DNA from: a virus
Taxonomy: Duplodnaviria > Caudoviricetes
DNA: 34,052 nt
Virus record (IMG/VR): IMGVR_UViG_3300037516_000265
Span: 1-34,052 of that record
Direction: 5' to 3' (one strand)
Positions within the stretch are counted from its first letter, which is position 1, and every line of letters starts with the position of its first letter. Shown piece by piece: positions 8,728 to 17,018 of the stretch. A program made the position numbers and the translations under genes. The notes under the pieces were generated by a model. It was not told the origin of the DNA and did no database searches. It was given only the letters and a program-made list of their open reading frames with translations.

Positions 8728-8972
8728 TTTATTCTTATTTTATCAATTACTTTCCTGATGTTCTTCGTGATATAAACATATTGATCCGACTCCTGTACGT
8801 TAATCTCACTTGTCAACGGCTCTACATTCGATTCAAGATACTTAATAAAGTTATCTATTACATCGTAGTTATTCTCTCTGAAGATGTTACCCTCTGGCAT
8901 ATCTTCTAACTTCTCCAAAGCTACTTGCATAAGGCATAGTACTTGGAATGTATTATTTATTTGCTTATTCAT
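8724..8972 (-). CDS. Hypothetical protein (82 aa)
   Basis: ORF track; coupled to neighbours. Confidence 0.7.
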   Translation of the reverse strand: MNKQINNTFQVLCLMQVALEKLEDMPEGNIFRENNYDVIDNFIKYLESNVEPLTSEINVQESDQYVYITKNIRKVIDKIRIK

Positions 8973-9147
8973 GTGTTATATATTTTAAATCTTCAATTCT
9001 AAATATTCCTTTAGTTCCATTTGGTCTTGTAATTTGTCTCCATTCTTTATCATTATTTAATAAAAGACGCTGTGAATATGATATAAAGTCTTTATCAGTT
9101 TTAACTTTTATAATATCATTATTTTTCATTGTTAATATAATTATCAT
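8965..9147 (-). CDS. Hypothetical protein (60 aa)
   Basis: ORF track; coupled to neighbours. Confidence 0.6.
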   Translation of the reverse strand: MIIILTMKNNDIIKVKTDKDFISYSQRLLLNNDKEWRQITRPNGTKGIFRIEDLKYITHE

Positions 9148-9299
9148 ATTTTCCTATAATTTTCTTCAAAAGATTTTTTACTTAAAACAATATCAAGTCC
9201 GCGTTCAGGTTTTACCCTTACAAATCGTTCACTAAGTAGAACTAACGTGACAATGGTGTTATCTCTCTTATCGTAATAACGTACTGATTCTTTCATCAT
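9144..9299 (-). CDS. Small hypothetical protein (51 aa)
   Basis: Hand translated MMKESVRYYDKRDNTIVTLVLLSERFVRVKPERGLDIVLSKKSFEENYRKI; ATGA overlap with the next gene. Confidence 0.65.
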   Translation of the reverse strand: MMKESVRYYDKRDNTIVTLVLLSERFVRVKPERGLDIVLSKKSFEENYRKI

Positions 9300-9897
9300 A
9301 TTTTTTTAAAAATGCTCTACAATTCAAAACCTTATCTTGCATTGCTAAAATCATTTCTTTATCATATTCCAAGTCAAATGCAAAGAATCGTTGCTCAATT
9401 GGTAGGTGAGAGTATGTAACCTCGTTACCATAGTTTACAAAGTCAGGCGTATCTAATAGAACGTAAACTAACTTCGCTTTCTTTAATCCTAATAGATGCA
9501 TATACACTTGTAATTGTGCTTCGTAGTCTTTATTAATCGGAGACGTTACAGCATCTAAGAAAGTAATGTGGTCCCAATTACATTTCAAGTCAATTACTAA
9601 CTCATCAGTGTACACATCAGGACTGCCTTGGAAGTATTCATCATTAAAATGCACTAGGTTCTTTTCTAACATACCAAGTCCTAAACGTTCTGCACATACA
9701 TCGATTGCTTCCGCTTCACAATGCACACCTTTCTCCATGTACTTTGAATGTATATCTTCACGAATACCATACTTCTGTTCTGCATACCAACGCTTTAGAT
9801 AGCTTGTTAAACTTGCACCTAGTTTTAATTCATCTTTGCCGTTAGTAGAAAGCAAACCAGCTTGGCTTGCTCTCATTCTAAATATTTTATTTTCCAT
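9268..9897 (-). CDS. YqaJ/lambda-exonuclease family recombination nuclease
   Basis: RASQ, MEKGVHCEAEA, GSPD, DLKC, YEAQLQVYM PD-(D/E)xK motifs; start at MENKIF (9897) preferred. Confidence 0.85.
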   Translation of the reverse strand: MENKIFRMRASQAGLLSTNGKDELKLGASLTSYLKRWYAEQKYGIREDIHSKYMEKGVHCEAEAIDVCAERLGLGMLEKNLVHFNDEYFQGSPDVYTDELVIDLKCNWDHITFLDAVTSPINKDYEAQLQVYMHLLGLKKAKLVYVLLDTPDFVNYGNEVTYSHLPIEQRFFAFDLEYDKEMILAMQDKVLNCRAFLKKYDERISTLLR

Positions 9898-10375
9898 TCT
9901 GTAATAGTTTTTGTACTGATTCACTTACTTGATACTTTGATTTCACCTGTTCGATAGTGAATTTACCTGAACTTAATGCTGTCTTTACGGCTTCGAAGTT
10001 AGGTGTTCCTTCTTCTAATTCGGGAAGTTGTTTAATACTTGTAACTGTCTTTACTCTTAAAGCGTCTACATTCTCACCAAAGGCTCTAATCTTCGCTACA
10101 TACAACGTAATATCTTTACCAACCCAATCCTCAATGTAAGGACTATTTAATGCTTTAGAAATGTTCTTTGCATTGGTTGAATTTACAATCATTGGTTTGT
10201 GACCTTTCAAGTAAATTACCATAGCTTCTTCTTTCTTGTCGCCAGATTGAATAAGTTCCTTAACGGCTCTTTCGATTGTCACATTCAACTCTACTGAATT
10301 AGCTCCAACCATTAACTCGTAGCTTCCAATATAGCTTGGATTACGTAGCTTTTTAAAGTGTGTTTTATTCTCCAT
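9887..10375 (-). CDS. Putative ssDNA annealing/binding partner of the exonuclease
   Basis: Adjacent to YqaJ; NSTNAKNI...EDWVGKDITLY...DALRV core plus a small C-terminal helical domain. Confidence 0.5.
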   Translation of the reverse strand: MENKTHFKKLRNPSYIGSYELMVGANSVELNVTIERAVKELIQSGDKKEEAMVIYLKGHKPMIVNSTNAKNISKALNSPYIEDWVGKDITLYVAKIRAFGENVDALRVKTVTSIKQLPELEEGTPNFEAVKTALSSGKFTIEQVKSKYQVSESVQKLLQNGK

Positions 10376-10562
10376 CTTCTACTAAAATATTAATTAAATC
10401 TTCTTCGTGAAATTGTCCTACTAAAATTTCTAATATATCTAAACCAAAACTGATTTGTTGAGGCTTCGTGTTCACTTCGCGGTTAAGAATATATCCCAAC
10501 CGCTTTAAGTTTTTTAAAGTCTTTTCTTGACTATCATTTAAATCTGCTACTATTTTGCTCAT
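10365..10562 (-). CDS. Hypothetical protein (65 aa), possible small DNA-binding regulator
   Basis: ORF track; beta-alpha-alpha-like pattern; function is speculative. Confidence 0.6.
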   Translation of the reverse strand: MSKIVADLNDSQEKTLKNLKRLGYILNREVNTKPQQISFGLDILEILVGQFHEEDLINILVEDGE

Positions 10563-10786
10563 AATTTAATTAATTTTAATACGTTTAACTTTTCTTGTAT
10601 CATTTCAGTAAGACTAGGATACTTGTCTAATGCATTTGTATACATCACTTCCATTTCTTGGATGGTTTGCATTAACTCGTCATATTTCTTAGCTTTTGCT
10701 TCGATACTTTCTTTTACTAATTCACAACTTCCCGTTGCGAAATTCATCTTAAACTTTGTCTTAAGATATGGACTTGGATAACTCAT
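10559..10786 (-). CDS. Hypothetical protein (75 aa)
   Basis: ORF track; first gene after the promoter at 10816-10823. Confidence 0.7.
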   Translation of the reverse strand: MSYPSPYLKTKFKMNFATGSCELVKESIEAKAKKYDELMQTIQEMEVMYTNALDKYPSLTEMIQEKLNVLKLIKL

Positions 10787-10815
10787 AATTCAAATATTAA
10801 ATTGTTTCTATAGAA

Positions 10816-10840
10816 CAAATATAACTATATTATTATAATA
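10816..10840 (-). promoter_or_regulatory. Bacteroidota sigmaA-type -7 box TATATTTG with upstream TATTATAATA palindrome
   Basis: TATATTTG at 10816-10823, palindrome at 10831-10840; same arrangement at 20504-20531. Confidence 0.65.
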
Positions 10841-10845
10841 TTATA

Positions 10846-11169
10846 TCATTTCTGTAATATATTTTCAATTAATTTCATTACTGAATCGTAACTTTCTATC
10901 TCTGAATCGATTACCTTGCCATAAGTTATGCCTTTATTTTTTTGTAAGCATATAGCTGAAGTGTTTTGTTGGTTTAATTCGTCAATTCTAAACTTTTGTA
11001 ACGGCTTTAAAGTATCTTTTATTTCTTTGGACTCAACAAAAATTGATACTCCATTCTTTATACAAATTAAGTCGGTTATACCATTCTTATTTGTCTTGAT
11101 TAGATTAATAACATACCAACCATTTTTCTCAAATGTGGTCTTTATCTTAGTTTGGAATGCTGATGCCAT
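10846..11169 (-). CDS. VRR-NUC domain nuclease
   Basis: GWYVINL...NGITDLICIKNG..IFVESK...LKPLQKFRIDEL. Confidence 0.85.
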   Translation of the reverse strand: MASAFQTKIKTTFEKNGWYVINLIKTNKNGITDLICIKNGVSIFVESKEIKDTLKPLQKFRIDELNQQNTSAICLQKNKGITYGKVIDSEIESYDSVMKLIENILQK

Positions 11170-11681
11170 TATATTAATTCTTTAAGTTTATTTTGATAGG
11201 CTAAATATGCAGCTAGTTCACAATTAAAATACCCTAAGTGGATTTTTTTACCACTAACTCTAATTCCTGACATCCATTTATTATTAAATCTATTCCAACA
11301 CACTCCTGTGTATTTAGAAGTTTTATTTTTCTTGTCTTTTGAAGTATTCTCTCTTTGAGTAATAACCTGTAGATTTTCTAATCTATTATCTGATCTATTC
11401 CCATTTATATGGTCTACTACTATTCTTCTATTGTTTTTATTATGATTTAAAAAGGTTTCTGCAACTAATGAATGTAATGTTTTTGCTTTAAACCTATTAC
11501 CTAATCTTAACATGACTAATAAATAACCAGTTCCATTTCCCCCTGGCTTTAGTATTTTATCTTTAGAAATAAAAAAAACTTTTCCATTCCATATTTTTCT
11601 AGATAAACTCTTAACATTACCTAAATTACTCACTTGATACATTCCTTCATAACCAGGAATGTCTTTAAATATTTCTTTCAT
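11169..11681 (-). CDS. NUMOD4-HNH-AP2 homing endonuclease
   Basis: FKDIPGYEGMYQVSNLGNVKS (NUMOD4), VDHINGNRSDNRLENLQ (HNH), SKYTGVCW..W...HLGYF..ELAAYLAY (AP2); in-frame upstream ATGs at 11723 and 11732 lie inside the RNA hairpin. Confidence 0.92.
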   Translation of the reverse strand: MKEIFKDIPGYEGMYQVSNLGNVKSLSRKIWNGKVFFISKDKILKPGGNGTGYLLVMLRLGNRFKAKTLHSLVAETFLNHNKNNRRIVVDHINGNRSDNRLENLQVITQRENTSKDKKNKTSKYTGVCWNRFNNKWMSGIRVSGKKIHLGYFNCELAAYLAYQNKLKELI

Positions 11682-11686
11682 AAAAT

Positions 11687-11777
11687 AAAAAAGCCCACTA
11701 ATCAGAGGTCGCTGTCTCGTCATAGTAGGCATTTAAAAAGTTCTTAATGTATCAGCGACAATACAGATATAAAGATA
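11687..11777 (-). ncRNA. Structured 5' leader A: promoter, hairpin and terminator-like hairpin with complementary loops
   Basis: TATCTTTA; TGTAT-[TGTCGCTG]-ATACA; GCCTACTA..GAG[ACAGCGAC]CTC..TAGTGGGC-TTTTTT; GTCGCTG/CAGCGAC are complementary. Confidence 0.65.
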
Positions 11778-12992
11778 CTAAATATATTTCTTAAATTGTG
11801 CTTCTGTAAAGTTTTTTTTCTGTTTTACTACATTGTGAATTTGCTCTGTTAAACTACCTTTGCCATACACAAAATAAACATCGTTTTCTTTACGGTCTTT
11901 AGTCGTTAATCTGTCGATGGATTGAATGTAATTTGTCCCACTAAACCCAAAATTAAAGAGTATTAAGCAATCTGCTGCACTTAAATTAATACCCATTGCA
12001 GAACTATACTGCTGTCCTATATAATGTTTATCGGTTGTATTAAACTCTTCGATATCCATTGTATGATTAGGAAATGTGAACTGAAGTAAATGCAACTCCT
12101 CGATGTAATAATAGAATATAGCTAGCTTTTTACCTTTGAAATAGTCTTTTATGAATAGCGCTTTTGATTCATCCGTAATCATACTAGAACCGCTTTCAAA
12201 CTTAATCGTACCGCTTTCTAGTTGATGTATCTTACTCATCATTTTTGTTCCTGAATCTGCTAATATTACCTCTGATTTACCTTGAACTACCTTATCTTTC
12301 TTTAATATATCAATCACTTTTTTATTACAGCTATCGAAATATATTACTTTCTCGTTTACTTTGCTTTCGAACCCAGCTTCTTCTTGGGTAAATTTTAAAA
12401 TATATGGCTGTATTACTGCATCTATTAAATCTATTTTAGCACATGAATAGTCTTTAGCTGGCCCGTATGAAGTATAAATCATATTAGGAGTAGTAAACAC
12501 CTTGCACCACGCATAAAAGTTTTTATATTGATTAAATGGACTATAAGCACTCAGATAAAATTGATGGAATATTTGTGAATACGATTCAGATGCCATTGTT
12601 CCTGAAAGTAATATTAATGGAATACGTGAGAATCTTGATTTAAATTCCTTTGTTTTATTACTCGGTTTAGGGAATGCACCCATTCCATGCGCTTCATCTT
12701 GAATAACTACATCAAAATCATTATCTGTAACCTTAGATAGTGATTCATTATTGATAATAGTTAGGTTAAAAGTGAATCCAAAATCTCTATAGTCATCTTG
12801 AATCGAACTAATAGCCTTTTTCTTAGTTAAGAATAGAACTTTTTTAGCTCCGTATAGTCTACACGTTTCTAATGCAGTTGCTGATTTGCCAGTTCTAACA
12901 GAAAAATTTAGGTACACTATCTTCTTATCTTTTAATATTTCAACAGCTTTTTGTGATAGGTCAAGTTGGTACGAACGTAGTTGCTTTGTCAT
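11778..12992 (-). CDS. Superfamily 2 (DEAH) helicase
   Basis: Q motif LRSYQ, Walker A-like VRTGKS, DEAH, LSGT, GINLS, motif VI-like QSIDRL. Confidence 0.85.
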   Translation of the reverse strand: MTKQLRSYQLDLSQKAVEILKDKKIVYLNFSVRTGKSATALETCRLYGAKKVLFLTKKKAISSIQDDYRDFGFTFNLTIINNESLSKVTDNDFDVVIQDEAHGMGAFPKPSNKTKEFKSRFSRIPLILLSGTMASESYSQIFHQFYLSAYSPFNQYKNFYAWCKVFTTPNMIYTSYGPAKDYSCAKIDLIDAVIQPYILKFTQEEAGFESKVNEKVIYFDSCNKKVIDILKKDKVVQGKSEVILADSGTKMMSKIHQLESGTIKFESGSSMITDESKALFIKDYFKGKKLAIFYYYIEELHLLQFTFPNHTMDIEEFNTTDKHYIGQQYSSAMGINLSAADCLILFNFGFSGTNYIQSIDRLTTKDRKENDVYFVYGKGSLTEQIHNVVKQKKNFTEAQFKKYI

Positions 12993-13192
12993 AATTCTAT
13001 TTCGTTTAAATATTCATCAATTAAATATAACTTACCTTCTTTTTTTATAAATCCAAAGGCATCTTTTACATCGTAGTAATAGGAAAAAATTTCATGACTT
13101 TTACCTGACAATATCACATCGTACTCATTGATGCATTTTATGTATTTATCTATTGATTTTTTCATAGTCCTTTCATTTCTGGTAAATCCCAT
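12989..13192 (-). CDS. Hypothetical protein (up to 67 aa)
   Basis: ORF track; bridges primase and helicase with an ATGA overlap; start may be MKKSIDK. Confidence 0.65.
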   Translation of the reverse strand: MGFTRNERTMKKSIDKYIKCINEYDVILSGKSHEIFSYYYDVKDAFGFIKKEGKLYLIDEYLNEIEL

Positions 13193-15582
13193 ATGTCTGT
13201 TGATACCACTTTCTTTTGAGTTGTTATTTCAAACCATCTTTGACCTTGTGAATTACCTTCTTTATATTGCTTACCATGAAATTGGCAATACTTTTGAATC
13301 CACATGTTGAATCGTTTTGACTTTAGCCAGCTTCTAAAATCTTTATTTTCTTCAACAAAATTATCAAAGCAAATAGATTTAATGTGTCTATGGTCTTCAG
13401 AAATGTTTCCATCCCCCATCCACTCTAAGAATTCAGCAGAAGTCTCATTTATTAATTTACGATTTTCAAGATTTGTAAATTCAAATGGAACCAGTCCTTT
13501 CTCTAAATAATACTTTAAGCAATTAATCATGAAGTGGTCGAACCTAGCCCATTCTTGTGAGTTCCAGTCATCAAACAGCATGTGTCCAAATTCATCTAAT
13601 GGTGTGTGATTTGAATTAAAATAACTACTCATTTCTACCTCAAATTTTCTACGTTCAAAAGAACCACCAACACCACCAATAGTGTAGTTAGTTGTAATAA
13701 TTATTTTAGGAGATTTATTTACAGGAAGTTTAACAGCATCCTGACCTTTGTATTCCAAAGTTATCCCTTCAGTAATTAAAGAAAATAGATATTCAAAATT
13801 AAAGTTTTTCTTAACGTCATCAAATACTAACAACTGAGTGTCTACCGGAACTGCTTGGTAAGGGAATGACTTGTTAAATTCAAATGTTTTACCATCTATA
13901 GATGCTACTTTCTTCATTTTAGATAGTGCATTCCAAAATAAAGATTTACCACTACCACCATTTGGATTGTCTGAAATAGTTTCGTCGTTAAAAATAATTG
14001 CTTTATTGTTTGCGCTTGTCTTGTAGCTATGCATTAAATACCCTATAACACTTTTTAAAGAGTTGTATTTGTTTACATTTTTACTGCTTGCTAGCCATAG
14101 GAATGTCCTAAACTCACTTTCGTGGTGGTCTGCATCTATAAAGTCTCTATCAATTACTTGTTTCTTCCATACAAACCCATTTAGATTTTCATATTCTACC
14201 TTTTCAAATCTATCTTTGAATATTTTCAAAGCGCAATTCTTATAATAAATTATAGAAAAGTCTGGACCATCTTCCTCTATGTTAAATTTTGCAGTTTCTA
14301 ACATGGATAAGTATTGTGGTGTGAATGACTTTGTAGAGCCAGCAACTAAATCAAATGGATCTAAGTTGTCATTGTTCAATAGTTCATTTAACACATGGTC
14401 TTTAACTTGAAATTCCGTAACCTCGTCAACAAAATTACCATCCTTAGTAATGAAAGTAAATGTTTTTGATTTGTCAATAGGGAAATATTTAAAGAAGTTT
14501 TTATTTTCTAAATAGAATTTAAATTTATGGTGTGAAATAGTTAGTTTACCATCTTCATTGTAAGTCCAGAACTGATTAACATTAATTTTCTTTTTTTGCT
14601 CTAAAATTTCTGCTTCAATTTTTTCTTTAGAAAGTTCTGAGAATTGACTTGAAATATAATCATTTGATTTACCAACTAAAACCATATTGGAAATAGTCTT
14701 AATCTTTTGCTTATCTTCAAATTGTTTACTGCCAAAGTTAGAAGTATGCTTATAAGCTGAATTTATAAGTGCTAATATTTCATTACTATCAAAGTCTTTT
14801 TGTTGATTAGCTAAGATATATTTTTCAGCAATGTACTTTTCAATCCCAAAATCATTAAATGACAATGCTAATTTATGAAACGAATTGTTTCTATTAGTCC
14901 CATTGTACGACTTTTTAAACCATACCATTAATCTATTAGCAATTTGGTCTTGATCTACCAAAGGGATGTTCGTTACTACTCCTAATGTATTATTTATTTC
15001 TACTAATTCAGTTTGGATAAAGTCAACGTATAGACTAGATTCTTGGTTAATGTAAATATTAGGATCGTATGATTCAAAACATAGTCTAGAAATGTCTTGA
15101 CCTGATGTGTCAATTACACCTTCTCCATACTCTTTGTTTACCCAATTATAATAAGCTACAATTGATTTATAGTATTTATTATACTCGTCGTTTGATTCAA
15201 TTGGTGGTATTCTAACTAATGCTTTTAAACCATCCCCTGAAGGAGATACCCAACAAGCATTAATGTATTCATTGTTTGATAACTTTTCTTTTAATTCTTT
15301 TACTAAATCAAAGCTTTTTAACTTATCGAAATCAAGTATACATAATCCACTTGCTTTTTTTAATTCTGCTTTAGCTCTTTTGTTAAATGTCCCAGCAAAA
15401 GTAACAGCAGATAAAGAACCTTTAATCTCTTTCTTTTTTACGTCATCTAATTCAGAACGTAAAGATTCAATAGTTTTTCTAACATATCCATCTCTAATTC
15501 TTTCTAGGTAATATATAGCATCTTTAGGTCTTCCAACTGGTACTACTGAAGTTTTGTTTTTGTATAGGTCTATTAAATTCAT
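13162..15582 (-). CDS. Primase-helicase: BT4734/VirE-N AEP-type primase, PriCT, SF3/D5-like helicase
   Basis: SGLCILDFD, WVSPSGDGLK, DISRLCFESYDP (VirE-N); RNNSFHKLA (PriCT-like); GGSGKS Walker A, VFDD Walker B, IIITTN motif C. Confidence 0.88.
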   Translation of the reverse strand: MNLIDLYKNKTSVVPVGRPKDAIYYLERIRDGYVRKTIESLRSELDDVKKKEIKGSLSAVTFAGTFNKRAKAELKKASGLCILDFDKLKSFDLVKELKEKLSNNEYINACWVSPSGDGLKALVRIPPIESNDEYNKYYKSIVAYYNWVNKEYGEGVIDTSGQDISRLCFESYDPNIYINQESSLYVDFIQTELVEINNTLGVVTNIPLVDQDQIANRLMVWFKKSYNGTNRNNSFHKLALSFNDFGIEKYIAEKYILANQQKDFDSNEILALINSAYKHTSNFGSKQFEDKQKIKTISNMVLVGKSNDYISSQFSELSKEKIEAEILEQKKKINVNQFWTYNEDGKLTISHHKFKFYLENKNFFKYFPIDKSKTFTFITKDGNFVDEVTEFQVKDHVLNELLNNDNLDPFDLVAGSTKSFTPQYLSMLETAKFNIEEDGPDFSIIYYKNCALKIFKDRFEKVEYENLNGFVWKKQVIDRDFIDADHHESEFRTFLWLASSKNVNKYNSLKSVIGYLMHSYKTSANNKAIIFNDETISDNPNGGSGKSLFWNALSKMKKVASIDGKTFEFNKSFPYQAVPVDTQLLVFDDVKKNFNFEYLFSLITEGITLEYKGQDAVKLPVNKSPKIIITTNYTIGGVGGSFERRKFEVEMSSYFNSNHTPLDEFGHMLFDDWNSQEWARFDHFMINCLKYYLEKGLVPFEFTNLENRKLINETSAEFLEWMGDGNISEDHRHIKSICFDNFVEENKDFRSWLKSKRFNMWIQKYCQFHGKQYKEGNSQGQRWFEITTQKKVVSTDIWDLPEMKGL

Positions 15583-15821
15583 GAAACTGTTTCTTTAAAT
15601 TGGTAATGAAAAACTTTAACATTTCTTTCGTCTATTTTTACTCCTTTCAAAGTGAATATAGCATCTCTATTATCGTTAACCGTACACATTACAAAGTCGA
15701 TTAACTCACTAGATTTTTGTACTTGTTGCTCTAAGTCATTTAAACATGCAAATGTATTAAATTCAACCATACTAAAATACTCTGCTAAATTAGTAATTTG
15801 TACTCTCTTTCTTTCTTTCAT
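15579..15821 (-). CDS. Hypothetical protein (80 aa)
   Basis: ORF track; ATGA-coupled to the primase. Confidence 0.7.
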   Translation of the reverse strand: MKERKRVQITNLAEYFSMVEFNTFACLNDLEQQVQKSSELIDFVMCTVNDNRDAIFTLKGVKIDERNVKVFHYQFKETVS

Positions 15822-15823
15822 AA

Positions 15824-16303
15824 TTAATTTGTTTGTTTAATACAATTAAAGTTGTTTCTTATTTTCTTTGCTTGGAATGCATATACAACCATCTCGCTTA
15901 CTCCACATCGAACACCATTTATTAACTTGCCTTCAAAAGATTCTAGTTGTTCATTGGTTAAAATAATCTGTACAAAATTGTAATAATACCCACTAGCATC
16001 ATATTCACACATCGATAAACTTGAATTACTTCCTTGCACAACGGAACCATCTTCAAATTTAACATAAATATTTTGTCCTTTATCTATTATTTGTGGCTTG
16101 TAACAATTTACTTTTAATAATAATGCTGTATACCCACTGCTTTTATAAATTTGGTAACTACCTGATATTAATTTTATATAGCTAGTTTGGATAGTTCTTT
16201 CACCAGTATAGTCATCTACAATTGTTTTGACGTTACATTCTTGAGCAAATGAAGTTAAACCTATTGTTAAAATCGTTGCTCCTGTTAAAATAATTTTTTT
16301 CAT
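15824..16303 (-). CDS. Secreted/periplasmic protein with Sec signal peptide
   Basis: MKKIILTGATILTIGLTSFA|QE: classic signal peptide, mature chain starts with Gln as is typical in Bacteroidota; several Cys; in-frame upstream ATG at 16366 lies inside the RNA hairpin. Confidence 0.75.
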   Translation of the reverse strand: MKKIILTGATILTIGLTSFAQECNVKTIVDDYTGERTIQTSYIKLISGSYQIYKSSGYTALLLKVNCYKPQIIDKGQNIYVKFEDGSVVQGSNSSLSMCEYDASGYYYNFVQIILTNEQLESFEGKLINGVRCGVSEMVVYAFQAKKIRNNFNCIKQTN

Positions 16304-16321
16304 AATGAATAAATAATAAAT

Positions 16322-16427
16322 AAAAAAGCCCCTATTACTCCCAACACATCCTACCTTGTTGTTCATAATAGAGGCTTTAAAAATCTCTCTGTTCTTATAA
16401 TGTAGGATGAGAACGTCTACAAATATA
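16322..16427 (-). ncRNA. Structured 5' leader B: promoter, hairpin and terminator-like hairpin with complementary loops
   Basis: TATATTTG; GTTCT-[CATCCTACATTATA]-AGAAC; AAGCCTCTATTA..AACA[AGGTAGGATG]TGTT..TAATAGGGGCTT-TTTT; CATCCTAC/GTAGGATG are complementary. Confidence 0.7.
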
Positions 16428-16471
16428 ACTCAATTATTCTTTACTTGTTTCACTTATTTGAAAATATATTG

Positions 16472-16494
16472 TTATTTATACTCAATCTAAATAA
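16472..16494. promoter_or_regulatory. Imperfect palindrome resembling a Flavobacteriales Fur box
   Basis: TTATTTATA-CTCAA-TCTAAATAA; central 19-mer ATTTATACTCAATCTAAAT. Confidence 0.45.
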
Positions 16495-16500
16495 GGATTA

Positions 16501-16789
16501 GCAACACTTTTTTGCGTCAACAACACTTTTGCAACACATTTATTTTACGATGTGTTGCTAGTTAATTTATTGCATATCAACATCTTAACGCGCCTTGCAA
16601 CACATTCAACACATTTTTTACCCTATTTTAGTTTCGTCGGTAGGTTTAAAAATATTTGTTTTGTGTAAATTAATATATTATTAAAGGTAAATAATATAAG
16701 GGTATAGGGATTTTTTATGAAACGTGTTGCGTTTGCATGTAATTAGTTAAAAAGCAAAGAATTATAGACAACACATTTTGCAACACGTT
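16501..16789. repeat. Nine (G)CAACAC repeats in both orientations; putative replication origin
   Basis: CAACAC at 16502, 16521, 16532, 16598, 16607, 16769, 16781; GTGTTG at 16552, 16724; AT-rich core ~16645-16700; largest non-coding gap, upstream of the primase operon. Confidence 0.7.
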
Positions 16790-16795
16790 TTACTT

Positions 16796-17014
16796 TTACT
16801 CCATCAACAACCCATTATCATGCATTATTTCACGAATTTTTTCACGAACAAGCTCTGCCATTTGTATTTCAGAACCTATTTCTGAGTATTTATATATACC
16901 TCGATAGTATTGGTCTAGTTCATCAATTACAAGCGCGTACTTCCATCCGTATAGTGCGTACTTAACATCGTCTTGGTCTTCTATTGAGTCAAATTCTAGT
17001 GTTACTTTTGGCAT
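16796..17014 (-). CDS. Hypothetical protein (72 aa)
   Basis: MPKVTLEFD...ALYGWKY...ELDQYYR...VREKIREI. Confidence 0.75.
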   Translation of the reverse strand: MPKVTLEFDSIEDQDDVKYALYGWKYALVIDELDQYYRGIYKYSEIGSEIQMAELVREKIREIMHDNGLLME

Positions 17015-17018
17015 AATC

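Noticed and set aside
11169-11777. Group I intron or intein carrying the HNH
   Set aside because: The flanking helicase and VRR-NUC genes each look complete, and under 100 nt of non-coding sequence cannot hold an intron core
16501-16789. CRISPR or mini-array
   Set aside because: Repeats are only 6-10 nt, irregularly spaced and in both orientations; no cas genes
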